A DNA stretch of 64,000 nt from Sphyrna mokarran (GCA_024679065.1 JAGIQG010000010.1:64852001-64916000), one strand, 5' to 3'; numbered from the stretch's first letter, positions 50,601 through 63,840 are shown. Made by a program: numbers and translations. Notes: generated from the sequence alone by a model not told the origin.

Positions 50601-52989
50601 ATCAGTCCCAATGCCCACGCGCCACCTTCCTTGCTTTATGGTTAGGAGCGCAGTGGTGTAGAAAATTCCACTCATAAACGTACAAATCGTTGCTATTAGG
50701 TATAGAGTTCTCTCTAGTACTCATAGGCCCAGTCCCAGTTCTTTCGAACACAGTGCTATAAAAACACTGGATTGCTCTCCCCTAATGATCTCAGATTCCA
50801 CAATTCACAATTTAGTATAAAGTTACTCTGATGCCAAACCTCATATCTTCTTACATTGATACAAAGCTCAAATCCAGTTAGAGCTCCAATGCTAGACTAC
50901 GCATCACCCCAGTGTTGTAAAACTGTTTAATTCCTTCCCACTGCAGTTAAACACCAGCAAAGTCCCCTCCCTATTTAAGACATTTTCTACTCAAAAAATA
51001 AAAGTGTTCCATCTTCTATCTCTCAACTAAGTAAGCGTAAATTTCACTAACAAAAATGGACCAGTGGGATTTGAACAATTTAGACCAATTTTCTTGCTTA
51101 TGTTTAGTAATCTTTTAATGAATCAGCCACAGATTTCCAAGTGCTGATTCAGTGGATTGGCTTAAGACCTTCAATAAATTTCAATTTTACTGGCGCCATA
51201 TATGATGTTCAACTCTAGACAGGGTAGAGCAACTTGTACAAGCACACTCAGCCAAGACTTGTTCCTGCAGAAATTTTAACTGGTAATTAAGTGGCTGCTA
51301 TATTCAAGTACTCTTATCACCATGAAAATGGAAGTTTGATATGTGTTTAACAAGGTTCCTGATACTGGGTGACATTAAGAGTAGATTTTATTCTATATAT
51401 TACTTAGCTTCAATACTTAAATTATTCTTCCTAATGTTTAACATCCACCTTCTTTCATTAACAACATAATGTTTGCCATCAGTATTTTGAAGAATGATTC
51501 TTTGGCTGATATTTTAAACCATTCAAAACTCATCCACTTGCACAAAATGTTAAAATTGGACTTTTTGTTTTTCTCTTTCTACAGTTTATCTGTTTGAATT
51601 ATGCACATTTAATGGAGATTAGTCCCTTTGCCTCTCTTTTGAAATAATTGTTGTATATTTTCTCTTATTAAACCAATGGACCATAAATAATCCTGCCTTC
51701 GTCTGTACTTGACTAAACCAGACATGTTTTTGGAGACGTCAGTTTCCTCAGGCATCTACATTGTGAGATGATATTCTTTTAGAGTATGTTCAATCACTGA
51801 GTTATGCAAAACCCTTGTTTGACGTGCCCTCTTTCTGTCTGCCTTCGCTTCTGCTTTTCTTTGTAACAGCTGAATTTTACATTTTCTAAAACCTCAGGCA
51901 GTCAGGCAATTGCTGGTGGGGAAAAGAAACTTGTGAGTAATCTGTACCACAGCAATGATTTTAAAATTTATCTTTTATTGGTGGTGGTCACCCAGCAGTC
52001 ATGTCAAAGATTTGATTGAAGCAGACTTGAGTGTTCTGCTTTGTAATATTGAATATAGCAGAAAGCACCTAAAATTCGCATTAGGCCTCAATTTGGTAAA
52101 TAAGAGTCCTAATCAGGGACCCCAGAAAACTTGCATTACCCAGTTTCAGGTTAGATATCATTCAGATATATTGGACCTGTGTGATTGGGCTCCACAAATT
52201 GACCCTCACTGCAGCCATTTTAAGTCGATGTATTGAGATCCAATTTCTATTCTAATAAGTCAAATTGCTGTAAACTTCTATGCTCTTTTAAAATCAGTGC
52301 ACATTCTGCTTGTAAGATGACGATTTTGCAACCAAACATACATTTTCTCTCATCGTTGCCTTCAGGGCAGCCATCTGGAGTTATTTGCATGCTTTCAAAA
52401 GCGATGTGGCTTTGATTTGCTACCTTGGGATGTAGAGTGCTGAAAGATTAGCTGAAAGTTTAGGTATTCAAAACTCAGCATAAGTTTTGTTCTACTTTGG
52501 GCCCTTACTTCACATGAATGTTGAAATAAATTAAATCTGTCTCATTCTTAACCCTGCACGCTAGTTTCTATGTCTGAATCTTCTCTTTGAGTGAATCCAG
52601 TATTTACACTGTTAGTCAAAGTGTTTGCTCTTTCCTTTTGTCGATTGTTCCTCTAGTAGTTTGGAACAGTGACAGTGCCTGGCTGGGGAAGCTGGAACAT
52701 TGAGATTAGTGACAAGGCTCAAATAAAGCATTTGAAATGAAAGGATTTGGATAGATATTACATGTGTCATGAGCAGCCAAGCAGACAAACTAGTGGGTGC
52801 CCAAGGAAGCTGGTGTAAAGAGCAGCTTGTCTGAGGCAGTGATATCAAGGAAGCTCAAATATTCTGGACATGTTATGTGAACAGGATGGGAGTGTTTGGA
52901 AATGAGGTAATGCAAGGCAAAACACCTGGGAAATGTGCACATGTAAGATCTAAGATGAGCAGATAATGGACTGGCCTTTCTATGGGTCA

Positions 52990-53113
52990 ACACAGTAAGA
53001 AGTCTGACAACACCAGGTTTAAGTCCAACCAATTTTGGTTGGACTTAAACCTGGTGTTGTCAGACTTCTTACTGTATTTACCCCAGTCCAACGCCAGCAT
53101 CTCTACATCATCA
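52990..53113. mobile_element. Short Penelope-like inverted-repeat element, copy 5 (perfect 41-bp arms)
   Basis: 52992-53032 is the exact reverse complement of 53035-53075, followed by the family terminus ttaccccagtccaacgccagcatctctacatcat. Flanks ctttctatgggtca / ctctctatggttca. Confidence 0.9.
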
Positions 53114-53255
53114 CTCTCTATGGTTCAGGCAGCGGAGAATACAAATCAGTGGAGAAAAATTGCTTGTAGTGTCATCAACTCTCAGAATGAGGATGAATGA
53201 AAGATAAGACAAAATACCTCACTTAGTGTTGGAAAGATCACCATAAGAAAAGAAA

Positions 53256-53420
53256 GGCTTCCATTTATATTGTGCCTTTTTGACCTTGGAATGTTTCAAG
53301 ATGCTTAAAGTCTTTTCCAGCATTTTAAAATGTAGTCACTGTCGTGATGAGTAAAGTGGCAGCATTAATGTGTAAAGAGTAGCAAAGTGATGGCAAGAAA
53401 TGGATGACAGCAGATCACCT
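53256..53420 (-). mobile_element. DeuSINE 3' fragment
   Basis: cttccatttatattgtgcctttt...aaaatgtagtcactgtcgtgatg. Confidence 0.55.
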
Positions 53421-53979
53421 ACTTGTTGTATGCCGTGCCCCATACTTGGCTACGTTGCAATCTGTGGAATTAAGTATCAAGCCCAACATATGACAGGCAG
53501 CCAGTTCGACATTACTGTTTTACATCACTGCTCAAAGCAAATTTCTGTCTCCAAATTCTGTAATGGAGCTATGAGTATTTTCTCAATGGATGTTATTTGC
53601 ATGGGGCAGTTGAATTCTTTCCAAGAATGAAGAAGACAGTACAGTATTGTGATAGGTAATCTAGCATTTTACCACATTTCTAAGTATATTACCAATTATC
53701 AAAGCACTTTACAGTGTTTAACCTATTCAGTATAATTATCTATTATCTCCCATTACTGACGCCTGTACTGTCAGCTGAGGTCTGCACAGTAAACCTCAGT
53801 GACTGGATTCCTATGTTTAAACATGTTTTGTTATATTAACCCACATCAGTGAAATTATAACAGGAATATATTTTCTAAAGCTAAGATGGTCGTCAAGGCA
53901 AAATTGTGAGCGTTATTATTGCAGATAAGCAATGCTACCCAATTTGATTTCACAAGAGTACTGTAAGTCTTGGTGACCA

Positions 53980-54260
53980 TTTGCAGTACTGAGGAAGGGG
54001 GGGCACTTTTCAGATTAGGTGTGAAAGCAAAGCTCCATCTGTCCTCTCAAGTGGATATAAAGAAGTTCATAAAGGGGAGCAGATCTCCTTTCTGCTCGTT
54101 AGCGTATTGCTTGTTTATGAGAACGTCCTCTGTGCACTTTGGTTGCTGGATGATTCTGCATCACAACAGTGGCTACACTTTAAGTACATCATTGACTTCA
54201 AAATGCTTTGGGAGGTTGAGATTGTGAAAAATGAAGTATAAATGCAAGTTTTTCTTCTTT
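53980..54260 (+). mobile_element. DeuSINE (SacSINE1-like) fragment
   Basis: tgcagtactgagg...ccatctgtcctctcaagtggatataaa...acaacagtggctacactt...tataaatgcaagtttttc. Confidence 0.65.
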
Positions 54261-54486
54261 TCACACAAAATTGAAATAATGGAGCCCTTGAGCAGTTGTC
54301 CTTATCCAGATTAACAGTTTAGATAGTCCCATGAATGTTAGATCACTTGCATTGATGTGGTTTACTGATGAGTCAGATCTTCATGATGTACATTGATGTA
54401 TTTTTGCAATCACAACTGAAAATGGCTAGAGATTTGTTTTACGCTTTCTTTACAAGACTCCAGTGGATGACCTTTCCTATGTTCAC

Positions 54487-54620
54487 AAAACCAAAATGCT
54501 GCACATTCTGAAAATAAAGAACAAAAACTGATGGAGCCGCCAACATTCAGCAAGTCAGACAGCATCTGTGGAGGGAAAGAAAGACAGTTAACCTTTCCTG
54601 CTGATGACCTTTTATCAGAG
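54487..54620 (-). mobile_element. Second Penelope-like short repeat family copy
   Basis: Minus strand ctgataaaaggtcatcagcaggaaaggttaactgtc...tccacagatgctgtctgacttgctga. Confidence 0.65.
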
Positions 54621-55904
54621 CTGCTTTTGTGTTGGCTTCCAGTTTAGTTGAAAAAAAATCGCTTTGAATGTAACCATCAGAATGAAGCAAAAAGGAGAAC
54701 TGCTCCTATCCACTTTCTCATTGAGGAGACTGGCTGGTGTTTTTGCAATCCGCCCCTCTTCATCTGTAATCCTAATGAGAAGTTTAAAAACTGTATTTAC
54801 TAGGATTATTTGCACATTAGATTGAATTTTCAAGCAGTTACACTTTAATCTTCTCTCCTTTTGATGTTAACACTTAGTGGCTGAATTATGTAGCACTTAC
54901 TCCAGGTGATAACTAGGAATTACCTTGTTGTACATTGCTTTGTCTTGAAGTGCCTTATGATGTTTAGTGCCAGATTAGTTGTTGTTGTTGAGCCAAATGG
55001 TTCTTGGTGCTCAGTTTCATCTATGCTTAAATGTGGTTTTAATCTCATTTTTCAGATGTGGATTACTGATGAAATGATGGCTAAAGCATTCTTTCAGACA
55101 TCCCATTTAAATGATCAGTGGATAAATGTGTTTAGTCTTGAGCACTGCTGTTTGCTCAAGCATTAAGGTGTAATTCTGCCCATCAAAGAGAATAGGCTAG
55201 AAAAACTGCATTCCAATAATGTGGATAAAATTTTGTCAGAGCTAGTTTTCTTGAATTTGTATTTTCTATTTGTATATGGATGATATTCATGTCTACTTCT
55301 GCAACAACGGTCTTGACCCCTCTATTGTCTTTGCACCAGACTTTCCCAAATCTTTCTCCACTATGACTCCATTTTAATGTTTGAAAATTATCAGTGTTAC
55401 TCCAAAATGAGAATGGGAGGTGAGAATAGTTATTTGTTTAGTGGGGCTTTATGTATGTGTGTGTGTGGAAAGGGGAAGGGAATGGTGGGGGGGAGGGGGA
55501 TGGAGCAAGTGCTTTTGCCCCAAATAGTTGAAGAACCCTGCGGCATGGGAGCTAAGAGCATGTGCATTTTGTAGAGCCTCATCAATCTGGGGTTGTCCTG
55601 CCGTTCGCCAATGTATGCACTCTAAGTGCGTTATCAGTTCTCCATTATCAGTATGTCCAAGGAAATTCTGATTAACAGCTCAGAGTGCCAAAATGAATGG
55701 CCAGCCAAAGTAGTGACAAGCTGTCACATTGATGAACATGAGGAAAAAGTCACGTATCAGCCAGAGTTTCTGCTCGACAGTCACTACTGCTGTCTTGGAG
55801 CTCATTGTCCCAAGAGATCAGCCCATGGTTTGGAAGTTCCTGTTCTATATAGTGTGCACGACTAATTCCCAGATAGCAGCACTTTTATCCAGCTAGGTAT
55901 TAAT

Positions 55905-56315
55905 GAGACTAAAACCATTTTCTTTCATGTCCCACTCCAAACCTCCTAACTTTTCTCAATATTAACCATTTCTGGACCTCTAAATTTAAAATTCTCATTG
56001 TCATATTTAAATAACTTTGTTGCCTCACCCTTTCCAAATTTTCCCCCAGCCCCAACTCTCCATATCTCTGACAACAGTGTAGTGCAATCCCCCTGTTCAG
56101 CTCCAGTGTTGATCGCTGTGCCTTTTGTTGCCTGCGTTTCACACTCTGGAATTTTTCTAACTCCTGCCTCAGCCTTTCTCTCATTTTAAGATCCCCCTTC
56201 AAAGTCATTTCCTTTGACCAAACGTATATTTACCCATCCTAATTATCTCTTCATTTGGCTCAATGTTGCTTCTCTGCATCTGAAATATTTTGAGATTTTT
56301 CTATAAATGCAATTG
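55905..56315 (+). mobile_element. L2-like LINE 3' end
   Basis: aaatttaaaattctcatt (KFKILI), ctctggaattt (LWN), ttcctttgaccaa, tail ctataaatgcaattg. Confidence 0.6.
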
Positions 56316-56639
56316 ATTGCTGAGATCAGGAATTACAAATGCAAGTAAGTCCACCTGATGTACAGCTGATAAGTATAATTGTGAGCTTGGCAGGACCAAC
56401 TGAGAGTGTCTAATACAAGAGTTCCATAAATTAAAGAGAAAAGATTTATAATTACAGCACATTTCAGTGAGAAAATATCTTCCTATTATACTACAAAAAT
56501 GGGTGTGGCATTAACTTGTGGATTCACCCAGGACATATATCTGCATAATTCACAATTGTCTAGATAGCTGTACAACTTCGAATGGTTTGAGCTTGTCTAC
56601 CATCTCAAACTTACTCATAAGTGTTGCTGTTAGTCATTT

Positions 56640-56812
56640 CTAGAATATCCCCAATGTGCTTCAGTTTTCATGATGAGTGGATCTCCTTAATTCTGGAATC
56701 TTGTAAATCTTTTTAGACATTCTCCAATGCCTCTGCGTTCTTTTATTAAATGGAGACCAGACAGCTCACAGTACTCCCAAGTGTGGTCTCACCAACATTG
56801 ATTTAAGTCTAG
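56640..56812 (-). mobile_element. Old CR1 fragment
   Basis: ggagaccagacagctcacagtactcccaagtgtggtctcaccaa corresponds to LVRPHLEYCEQ.WSP on the minus strand. Confidence 0.65.
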
Positions 56813-58804
56813 CATTTTTTAACTTATGTTTTTGACATAAGGGGCCAGTGGGGGCAATTGCCCTCATGCCTCCAGTAAGCAGATACCCAGGCTAAACAGC
56901 ATGATGAATGAGATGTAAGAATTAAATCACTAAAAGCAAAAACACTTTCGGACCAAATGAGTTTGATTTTTATTTTAAAACAGAAACAGGAAATCCTGGA
57001 ATAGCCCGCATGTTAGTCAGTGATATAAGATGAATCAAAGGTTAATATTTCAGGTATAACATAGTCATCAAACTGATTACTTTACATCAGATTGTTTTAA
57101 TTTTTCAGATTTAATCACATAAAAATCTGAATTCCATGCGTTGTGACTGGTATGGCATTTTACAACAAAAAAAAAGCTTTTTGAAATGGAACTGAGGGAG
57201 TTTTCTTTACTCGAATATCAAGACCCATGAGTCCTGAACTCCAAGGACATTCTAATGGAGCACATGGGCAATCCTCACTCTTCCCCACTCTATTTCTCCC
57301 CCCAACTCTCAAAGTTCCCAGATAAGGAATGCATAGCAATTGCCCACCTGGAAAGTTCATATCATTGCCCTGAAATGAGAACCATCTGGAAATACAATAT
57401 AAATTGCAAACTTCGGATAGTTCCGACTTTCTTACCCAGATAACGTTAGAAGAATTAAAATCACTTTAATTTCAGGGTAACTATAGTACTAACCCACCAC
57501 TTTATCCTAGGAGATTCCATCAAATCCCCCATGGATCCTCCAACCATCCTCCTGACCATCCATGCAGCAACTGCACAACCCCCCTCCCTCCACCCCACCT
57601 TCCACCCAGACCAGCAAGGAAGCGTGGCTTCTTTACCATCTCTGTGGGAAGCTACCACACAACACTATTCACACCTGGCCAGAGTCAGAAGGTTGCATGA
57701 GAAAAGAGCACCTCATTTCCAGGTAAGTAGGAGCAAAGTGACCAATGGACTCTGATTGCCACTCCACATAGGCAGATTTTAGGATAAATCTTGGATTGTA
57801 AATAATAAGCAGACACTAATGTATCACATCATATGTCAGAGAGCAAACAAGATGAATGGTGAGCATTGGCCAGCTGAAATGAAGAAAATACATGAGGCGA
57901 GATGGAGACTGGAGTTTCAGCTGACTTCTAGAGCTGTGAAGTGACCTGGTGAAGCAAGCTGGCTTATGTAGACATTTCCATTGAATGGGGGAATTGTGAC
58001 TCCGCTATTAATCTTTAATAGTGGTCAAGAGAAAATGGAGAATTATCGGTAATCTTGAATCAATAGATCTTTCCAAATAATGTGTTGTGGCATTCTCTCT
58101 AGTGACAGCTAACCTTCTAATTTGATTTTCATTGACATATGTTTCTGCCAACAGAAATACTACATCATTACTTTCAACCAGCAGTATCTGCTTTGAGAAT
58201 ACATGATGTTCACAGGATAAATAATTGGTTCTGGCCGAACTTTCAAGGGTTGAACCCAAAGTGTGTGCTCAGTAGAGTTCTGGTGCTTCAAGCAAACAGC
58301 TTCAAGCTGTATCACAAGCTTTAAAATCCTTCAACCATGTACTGTCTCTGGCTAAAATGGCAGCTAGAATAGTCACTACAGAGCCAAGTAATTTATTCTA
58401 GAACGTGAAAGATTCTAATTCCAAGTACATAACAGATTTAATGGCATCAACTGCTATTTATTACCGTGTTTTAATGAAAATTACTAGCAACTTATACCTA
58501 TGCAATGTGTGCCATATGGTTGGATGAGTAACAATTTTTTGTATAGATTTGACAATCTGAGTTCCCATTCTTTAGCATGGGATATTGATGAATTTAAATA
58601 GGACTGTTTTCTCTGAGCCCCCTTTAAATGTTACTGCTTTATTTACATTGATGAGGATATTCACATTTACATTCATTTGTTCCATCTCTTGCTGTTTTAT
58701 GCATCAGTAGATCATTTGGAAAAATCCAAACTCCACTTGGCCTTTGAAAAATTCTCTACTTGAACCCTTGACTTTTATGAGGAAAAGCAAATGTTTGACA
58801 TTTA

Positions 58805-59050
58805 GGAACATAAAAATAAAAGAAATAAGAGTGGGAGTGGACCATTCAATTCCACAAGCATGTACTGCCAGTCAGTATGATCATGGTTGATTTTTCACCT
58901 CGGCCCATGCTACCTCCATTTCCGACATTCCCGATACTCTCTGACTTGTTAATGCTCAGCCATTTAATACCTCTATGTTTGAGGTAAAGAATTCCAACAA
59001 GTCACAACTATTTGACTGAAGACATTCTTCTTCTCATCTGAAATATCCCA
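58805..59050 (-). mobile_element. Old CR1 3' end
   Basis: gaacataaaaataaaagaaataagagtgggagtggaccattc...atgatcatggttgat; aaagaattccaac. Confidence 0.6.
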
Positions 59051-60050
59051 ACCTTATGCAGGCTTTTTTGATTGTGTACCCCAAATCGGATTTACCAACA
59101 TTTTGCATATCCATACAGACAGTTTCCTTTTCAACTACCTTCTAATGACCACTCATCTTGTATAATAAGACAATTCCTGTTGCCCTTCCCACCATCATTC
59201 AAACAAATCCTCTTCCCTACCACTCACTCACTCAACAATTCCACTTCTCAACATCTGTCACCTATCGTTCACTCAGCAGTCCCTCCTCCCAAGTCCCTCC
59301 TCCAAAGATACAGTCTTTTGTATCTTCTTGTAAGAGAGTTCCACCAGGGTAATGGTCTTGGCCAGGCAAGCGCTGTCCATCCAACAGCTCACACTAATTT
59401 CCAGATTAAACAGCATCATTCCATCTCAGAGTCTGAACTTTACCTTTGGCTTAATTTTCAGGTCACTGTCTTGAGCAACTTCACACAGGGGTACAATACT
59501 CATGATGTGGCACCAGTGTCTATCTGACGCTGCATATTTACTAATTTTCTCTTTCTGCAATCATCAGCAATGGTCACAAACCAGATTTTATCTTGAAACC
59601 TGATGACACCAACTTACTCAACTCAGTGATTCATCAAAATCATTGTCCTGCATTTCTCCAGCTCTCATCTTTACAGGATTGATTTTTTTTTTCTTCTTTC
59701 TAGCAAAATGCATGTATCAAAGTGGTTCAACTTCTTGCACTTAGATCATTGATTTTGCCAGGCTGAACAGGCTTCCTTTTCTCTTGGTATCCAATACTCT
59801 GGCCTTGATCTTTCTGCTGGCCTTTCTGTAAATTGTCCTTCGTTTTCATCATTGGTTTGTGCTTGGAAGGTTCAACAACGTGCAAAACTTCATCAGTTCT
59901 TCCATCAATACTCTCTACTTGATGATCAACCACCTCAGAACTTATGTACGTGTCAATAGTTTCTTTGATAGTCTTTCTCTTCTTTTAGCAGGGTTGCTTT
60001 CACAGCACAATTTCTTGTTCCTAAGGCAATCCTGTGTAATGAGAGAGAGT

Positions 60051-60320
60051 CATAGAACCCCTACATTGCAGAAGGAGTCTGCATCGAGTCTGCAGTGACC
60101 ACTCCTAATCACCTAACACTAGCATGAATTTAGCATGGCCAATCAACCTAACCCGCGTATCTTTGGACTATGCGAGGAAACCAAAGCATCAGAAGAAAAC
60201 CCATGCAGACACGAGGAGAATGTGCTAACCGCACATAGGCAGTGACCTGAGGCCGGAATTGAACCTGGGTTTCTGATGCTGGGAAGCAGCAGTGCTAACC
60301 ACTGTGCCACTGTACTGCCC
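60051..60320 (-). mobile_element. HE1-type V-SINE with CR1-type tail
   Basis: Minus strand gggcagtacagtggcacagtggttagcactgctgc...ccaggttcaattccggcc; V-domain; tail ccttctgcaatgtaggggttctatg. Confidence 0.9.
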
Positions 60321-60976
60321 TAGGGTGGTCATATAGTGACTAATATTTTCCTTCTCTTCCTGAACTTTACTGTTAAACACCTAGCTTTCATAATTGACGT
60401 TAATAGAGAACTCAAAGTGGGCTCTCAAAATTTCACAATCAATGCTCCTCAGTGAGGCCCAAGATGGAATATTGCTTGTAGCATTCTTCATCACTTGTTA
60501 AGATTTTTAACTTTCATTTGTGGAGGTTTCTTGTTCAATTCTGTAGTGATCATAATTCTACCATTGAGATTGGAATTCCTTCTCGATTTCCCTTCATTTC
60601 AACAGTAGCAGATACTGAAATATTCAAACCAAACGTGGCTCACCAAAAATCTGATGTCCAGTGCAAAGTTGCAAACTGAATTTTGAATTTATTTTTTGGC
60701 TTTTTTGCATTTAGTTTTCCTTGCAGAAATCGAAATCCACTCGATCCCAGTTATACACTTCTGACACCATATTCCACATGATGGATCCAATGGCCTCTGC
60801 CCAACTCCACTATGTAAATTTATATCATAACATGGAAGATCACAAGAGGATGACAAGCCTCAATGCATAAAGGTATTTATCCAAATAGAGCAATACTAAA
60901 CATATTTTCGGGTTTCCCACGGAACATTGGAGATCCCTTGCACCACTCTGCTCTCATCACCTCCCCCCCAACCCCG

Positions 60977-61003
60977 GCGCGCGTGCGCACACACACACAC
61001 ACA
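60977..61003. repeat. Alternating purine-pyrimidine tract (GC)n-(AC)n
   Basis: gcgcgcgtgcgcacacacacacacaca, 27 bp. Confidence 0.9.
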
Positions 61004-62009
61004 GTGTTCCCAGCCTCTTTACATATTCAAATGTGGCCCATAATTTCTTCCCCATCACTGCCCTTTAATGCTGCCCTGTAGTGAGTTCTCAATCCTCGCT
61101 AAGCTGTTACTGTATAGTACGATAAAATTTGATCTAATTTCATTTCATCGTAGCTAGCTTTGTACTGATGTTAGGAAATAGGAGTTTTCACAACAAACAA
61201 TCAAGAGTAAAAAATTCGACCTCAGTCCCTTTGACATTTTCACTGTGGAACAGTTGTAAATTCAAAAGAAATTTCTGTTTTCACAGGCCTTGTGAAAGGG
61301 CGGTAGATAAGCTTGTCACCTTGTGAAACAAGATGAAATGGCAGAACCTTGAAATGAGCAGGTTTGCTGCCAGTTGCAGAGTTTATACTCACCTGCTGCA
61401 TGTACTTCAACCCAGTCAATCAACTTGTCAAGGAAAGCTAATATTTACAGAAGTACTTGCTCATAAATCTTCCTGAGATTAGTGCTTGTTGTGACAGAAT
61501 GCTGTGGAACATGGTTTTGTTCTTGTGATGCTTTTCTCTTGTTTTGCAAAGCTCCAGAGTTAATCTATCTGCCACTTGGGCTGTTTCCAAGAAGCCATGA
61601 AACAGTCCAGAATAGTTTATGTCATTTCCAATAGTTAGAGTTCACCGTGTAGATTTCTTGGCAGCTGATGTGCACACAGTAGATTTGATTGTGGTATAGA
61701 TACTGTTAGAAAAATAATTTTCTTTCAAATTCTAATTAGTGGTTGTCTAATTTCTAATTTCATTCCAGATGCAATTTTTAAAAAAAAAGTGATCAGAGCC
61801 AAGCTTATTTTGATGAGCAATGTGTGGGCAAGAGCATTACTGTGGCCACTTTCCAATCCTGGAACTTCATTCCCAAAAAGAGTTTTTGAGTGATTAGATT
61901 GGCAACTATTTCCAGTACGTATCCAACTGTCACCCTATACAATTAACAGGCATCATAAAGCAAAGTTGATGATCATTTATCTGTAATAAACTGTCCCATG
62001 TGTGCATTT

Positions 62010-62240
62010 ATAGAGTCAGAGGTTTACAGCATGGAAACAGGCCCTTCAGCCAAACTTGTCTATGCCATCCTTTTTTTTAGAAACGCTAAGCTAGTCCCAA
62101 TTGCCTGCATTTGGCCCATGTGCCTCTATACCCATCGTACCCATGTAACTATCTACTTTTTAAAAGACAAAATTGTACCCATCTCTACTACTACCTCTGG
62201 CAGCTTGTTCCAGACATTCACCACCCTCTGTGTGAAAAGA
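62010..62240 (-). mobile_element. CR1 3' end
   Basis: tagagtcagaggtttacagcatggaaacaggcccttcagcc...ctctggcagcttgttccagacattcaccaccctctgtgtgaaaa. Confidence 0.85.
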
Positions 62241-63497
62241 GCTATTTCCAGTTATGTCAATCTAAAAGTTCAGATACATTTGTGATCAGTTAATTTTTTG
62301 CAATGAAAGCTTGAAACAGTTCAATTTGCAGCTCCTATTTATATTGTCTGTTCTGCATTGATCAGCATTTTCTGATTTATTTCTAGTATTTGTAGTTTTT
62401 TTTTCTCTTTATCTCTATTGTGCTCCAGTCTGGAAAACTTGAATTTGTTCTAAAAAAAGTTGCAATTTGAAACTTTTTTTCTCTCTTACAAGCAGGTTGA
62501 TGTGTGCTGGATTAAGTGAACGGGCTGTTGGGAGTTAGTTTTGAAGGCTGCTGATGACAGCACCTTCACGAATAAATAGTTGTTAGTGAATGAAAACTGG
62601 AAAGGCAAAATGAGTCTATTAATTGGTGCAGAGGGAAGATGAGACTAATATTGGTGTAGTCTTTTTATAAGTGAGGAGATTTCTTATTCTGATGCTGTGA
62701 ATAATCTTGTTCAACAAACTAGTGATATTAAAATAAACCAATCCCTTTTTAATGTTCACCTCATTTGTAAGATATTTCAGCCTCCAATAGATCATGCACT
62801 TTGTTCTTTCAGTTCCAGATTATGAATCAGTATTCATACATCAAAATCTAATTATCATCACTGCAAAATGCACTTACTCAATCTCTCAGTCATTGGGGTG
62901 ATAGAAGTTGCTCTTGTTGAAATTCTAGATGATGAGTCCTTAAAGATCCCTCTCTTCAGTCATCCACCTATCCATCTGCCTATTTAAATTTCTTTCTATC
63001 TGCACCCTTATTTATGTTTCCATTTTATCATTCCGATCTAGATGGATAACAGTTAACCTTGCAGCAAAATCCAACCACAATATTTGGTGATTAAATTGAA
63101 ATTGAGTTCCTTTAAAAAGGGTTAAAATAATTTAGACACTGAAACTTTGTATTAATGAACTTTGGTAAAACAAATGAGGAGAGCAGTTTATAGGATTGCA
63201 TAGGTTAGTGTTGTAACTCATTAGAAATCCCTGATCACAGAGAGAGTAATGCTAATTGAAGGACCGGATTATTTAGGCTCCTTATCACTATATGGCAGGA
63301 TAGAAAGAGAACCAATACTTCTTTGATAATGCATTAACAGGATGGGGAGTAGTGGTAAGGCAGGGACTATTCGGCAAATCAGTAGTTCTGAATGAAGCCA
63401 AATTTTCACTCTAAAGGTACGTGGGCAAATGTGGAAAGCAGCAGTTTCTCGATCACACTTTTCTTTTCAATTTTTGATGGTCTCGTGTAAAGAATCA

Positions 63498-63630
63498 AGG
63501 GCAGTATTTTCCATCCCCTCCCCACCCCACCCCACCCAACCCCTTGGCAGGATGTTTTGTTGAGGTAGCCTGCCAATGGCCAGCAGCAGGATCTTCCAGT
63601 CCCCCTGCTGCAAACAGATTTTCATGGCCA
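63498..63630. mobile_element. MITE-like fragment (45569 family)
   Basis: gggcagtattttcc start; caggatcttccagtccc block. Confidence 0.4.
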
Positions 63631-63679
63631 AGCTTAATTTTATCAACAATTCCAAAGTGCACTTTACAGTGAATCAGTA

Positions 63680-63840
63680 ATGCCAATCCTGTTTGCTTGT
63701 CCTTGACCTTGGACTAGATGTTTCCCCACTGCTGATGATGTGGAATCAGCTAACTGAGCACAGGCCAGGGATTAAACCTGGGAGTTTCCTAATCATGAAG
63801 GAAGTATCACTTTATACGTGCGATCATTCATTGAGCAACA
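63680..63840 (-). mobile_element. LF-SINE-like tRNA-derived head
   Basis: atcagctaactgagcacaggccagggattaaacctggg is the reverse of a B box (ccaggtttaatccc) plus gtgctcagttagctgat, as recalled for LF-SINE-type elements. Confidence 0.45.

Noticed and set aside
8957-53113. Repeated palindromic units as a CRISPR array or attC-like sites
   Set aside because: Dispersed, not regularly spaced, no cas or integrase genes, and the DNA is vertebrate.
59072-59527. 151-aa ORF
   Set aside because: Low-complexity S/P/H/Q-rich translation over a pyrimidine-rich, probably decayed L2-type sequence.
61385-61440. Minus-strand 45-nt candidate exon (FLDKLIDWVEVHAA) ending cag|gtgagt
   Set aside because: Good donor but weak polypyrimidine tract, and no protein match I can recognise.
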